The position numbers and the translations under genes are program-made. The notes under the pieces are model-generated. The model saw nothing but the letters and a program-made list of their open reading frames with translations. It was not told the origin of the DNA and did no database searches. Shown one piece after another: positions 42,538 through 44,271 of a DNA stretch of 44,271 bases. Where the stretch lies: assembly GCA_031425655.1 (NCBI GenBank), contig JANPJS010000186.1, positions 1 through 44,271 on the forward strand. The letters run 5' to 3'. The DNA is from Abditibacteriaceae bacterium (GTDB lineage: Bacteria > Armatimonadota > Abditibacteriia > Abditibacteriales > Abditibacteriaceae). Position 1 is the first letter of the stretch; the number at the start of each line of letters is the position of its first letter.

Positions 42538-44094
42538 ATGGCGGACGAGCAAAGCACGATCAACGAATCACCTAAAGACAACGGCAGCGCGGCGCGCGGC
42601 GGCAAAGTGCAAATGGCTTCGGTGCCGTATCCCGAACTGCAAATGCCGCTCGGACACGAAGAAATCTGCCGCATTTTGCCGCATCGCTACCCGTTTTTGC
42701 TGGTAGACCGCATTCTCGAAGTGGAGCCGGGCAAACGCTGTGTGGGCTTGAAAAACGTCTCCTCCAACGAAGAGCATTTCAACGGCCATTTTCCCGGCCA
42801 TCCCGTCATGCCCGGCGTGCTGATTTTAGAAGCGATGGCGCAAGTGGCGGGCGTTTTGATTTTGGTTTCGCGCAACACGCCCGGCGCGCTTAGCTATTTC
42901 GCGTCCATCGAAAAAGCGCGTTTTCGCCAGCCTGTGCGCCCCGGCGACCAGGTGATTACCGAAGCCACGATCAGCGTTTTGCGCGGCGCTTTGTGCAAAG
43001 CGCACGTCGTGGGCCGCGTGGATGGGCAGATTGTAGTCGAAGCCGATTACACCTTTATGACTACCACCGGCGATGCGGCGCGGGCCGTAATCGCCCATCA
43101 AGGCGGCGAACAAAGCGCGGCGAAGCCTCCGATGGTTTCGATTCCGCCCGCCATCGCTGCTGTTGCCGCCGCCAGCGAAAATCTGCCGTCCAACGGTGCA
43201 TCGCGCGCCACGCAAACCCTCAGCGCAACTCCCGCGACAGCGCCTATTGAAGCTCCTGTTTCTTCGCCTGCGACGGCGCCGCGCGTCTGGGAAGGCAAAA
43301 CTTTTATTCATCCGACGGCTATTGTGGATTCGCGCGCCGAACTCGAAGACGGCGTCTGGGTTGGGCCGTTTTGCATCATCGAAGGCAACACGCGCATTGG
43401 AAGCGGGACGATTCTGGAAGCCGGCGTGATTGTCAAGCAATACACGACGGTCGGACGGCGCTGTCGCCTGTGTCCGCACGTCGTTTTGGGCCACGAGCCG
43501 CAGGACATGAAATTCCGGGGCGAAGAAAGTTATCTTCGCATCGGCGACGACAACGTGCTGCGCGAAATGGTGACTTTGCACCGCGCGACCGGCGAAGGCG
43601 CGCAAACCGTTTTGGGCAACAACAACGTGCTGATGGCCTACGCGCACGTCGGCCACAACTGCACCATCGGCTCGAATAACATGATTTCCAATTCGACCGG
43701 CATCGCGGGCCACGTCACTATCGAAGACAAAGTCGTGATTGGCGGCTTCGTAGGCATTCATCAATTCGCGCACGTCGGCAAAATGGCGATGTTGAGCGCG
43801 ATGTCCAAAGTGGTGCAAGATGTGCCGCCGTTTTGCTTAGCCGATGGGCGCCCGGCCAAAATCAGCGGCCTCAATATTCGCGGCCTGCGCCGCAACGGCG
43901 TCGCCAGCGAACAGCGCAATCAGGTCAGCGCAGCGTTTAAGCTGCTTTATCGCTCCAATCTCAACACCACGCAGGCTTTGGATCGCATTTACGCCGAAGT
44001 GCCGCCCAGCGAAACCCTCGACTATTTTCTGCAATTTGTCGAACGCGTGCGCGAAGGCAAATTAGGCCGCCAGGACGAAACGCCGCACCTTTGA
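42538..44094 (+). CDS. fabZ-lpxA: Bifunctional FabZ (3-hydroxyacyl-ACP dehydratase)-LpxA (UDP-GlcNAc acyltransferase) fusion
   Basis: FabZ 'LPHRYPFLLVD...GHFPGHPVMPGVLILEAMAQ', an Ala/Pro linker, then LpxA 'IHPTAIV...PQDMKF..E...REMVTLHRAT...MAYAHVGHNC...GIHQF...QDVPPF...GLNIRGLRR' in one uninterrupted frame. Confidence 0.92.
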   Translation: MADEQSTINESPKDNGSAARGGKVQMASVPYPELQMPLGHEEICRILPHRYPFLLVDRILEVEPGKRCVGLKNVSSNEEHFNGHFPGHPVMPGVLILEAMAQVAGVLILVSRNTPGALSYFASIEKARFRQPVRPGDQVITEATISVLRGALCKAHVVGRVDGQIVVEADYTFMTTTGDAARAVIAHQGGEQSAAKPPMVSIPPAIAAVAAASENLPSNGASRATQTLSATPATAPIEAPVSSPATAPRVWEGKTFIHPTAIVDSRAELEDGVWVGPFCIIEGNTRIGSGTILEAGVIVKQYTTVGRRCRLCPHVVLGHEPQDMKFRGEESYLRIGDDNVLREMVTLHRATGEGAQTVLGNNNVLMAYAHVGHNCTIGSNNMISNSTGIAGHVTIEDKVVIGGFVGIHQFAHVGKMAMLSAMSKVVQDVPPFCLADGRPAKISGLNIRGLRRNGVASEQRNQVSAAFKLLYRSNLNTTQALDRIYAEVPPSETLDYFLQFVERVREGKLGRQDETPHL

Positions 44095-44132
44095 AAGTTT
44101 TGAGTTTTTAATTTTAAGTTTTGAGTTAAGAA

Positions 44133-44271
44133 CTCATCTTACGCGGTTGGCTTGTGGTAGCGAAACTGAAGAGCTGATGACCAAGCACAACTTACGCCTG
44201 CTCGACCTTTACACGGATTACCTGTTGTCGTCCTTCGGGGCCACCACCGCGACCGGATTATCGCGCTTGCT
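44133..44271 (+). mobile_element. Left end of an IS701-family insertion sequence; the transposase starts at 44177 and is cut by the window edge
   Basis: Terminal CTCATCTTACGCGGTTGGCTTGTG, then MTKHNLRLLDLYTDYLLSSFGATTATGLSRL, which resembles the 'DLYTDYL..SFG..TATGLSR' N-terminus of IS701-like transposases. Confidence 0.75.

Noticed and set aside
42826..43818. 330-aa minus-strand ORF
   Set aside because: Antisense to fabZ-lpxA.
1..44271. tRNA, rRNA, prophage or CRISPR loci
   Set aside because: None recognised by eye; no tRNA-Sec or sel genes are visible in this window.

Overview
GC-rich bacterial chromosomal segment. An Armatimonadota/Abditibacteriota-like origin is an inference from the '[13 protein letters not shown]...RARENAR..SC.SNL' prepilin/H-X9-DG protein and the lipid A gene. 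Housekeeping genes are uvrC, mutL, moaB, fabI, a K+ transport locus (APC/KimA-like permease plus two TrkA/RCK genes) and a single-ORF FabZ-LpxA fusion. Several secreted carbohydrate-active enzymes are present. Accessory features: (1) a GAF-histidine kinase whose two ORFs are joined by one in-frame UGA, apparently at a family-conserved Cys, followed by a SECIS-like hairpin with a GGUC loop. This candidate selenocysteine sensor kinase is the strongest hit. (2) An array of three divergent membrane-anchored WD40 genes upstream of uvrC, built on junction repeats that duplicate the uvrC 5' end at an exact 1152-bp period, plus a VapBC pair inserted with a 58-bp direct repeat. (3) An integrase-less integron cassette array with three attC sites and two attI-like sites. 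(4) A low-GC orphan TOPRIM-domain protein. (5) Heptamer repeats inside the mutL linker. (6) Many MITE/REP-like palindromes, two sharing ends with an IS701-like element truncated at the right edge. All calls come from reading motifs by eye; no database searches were run.
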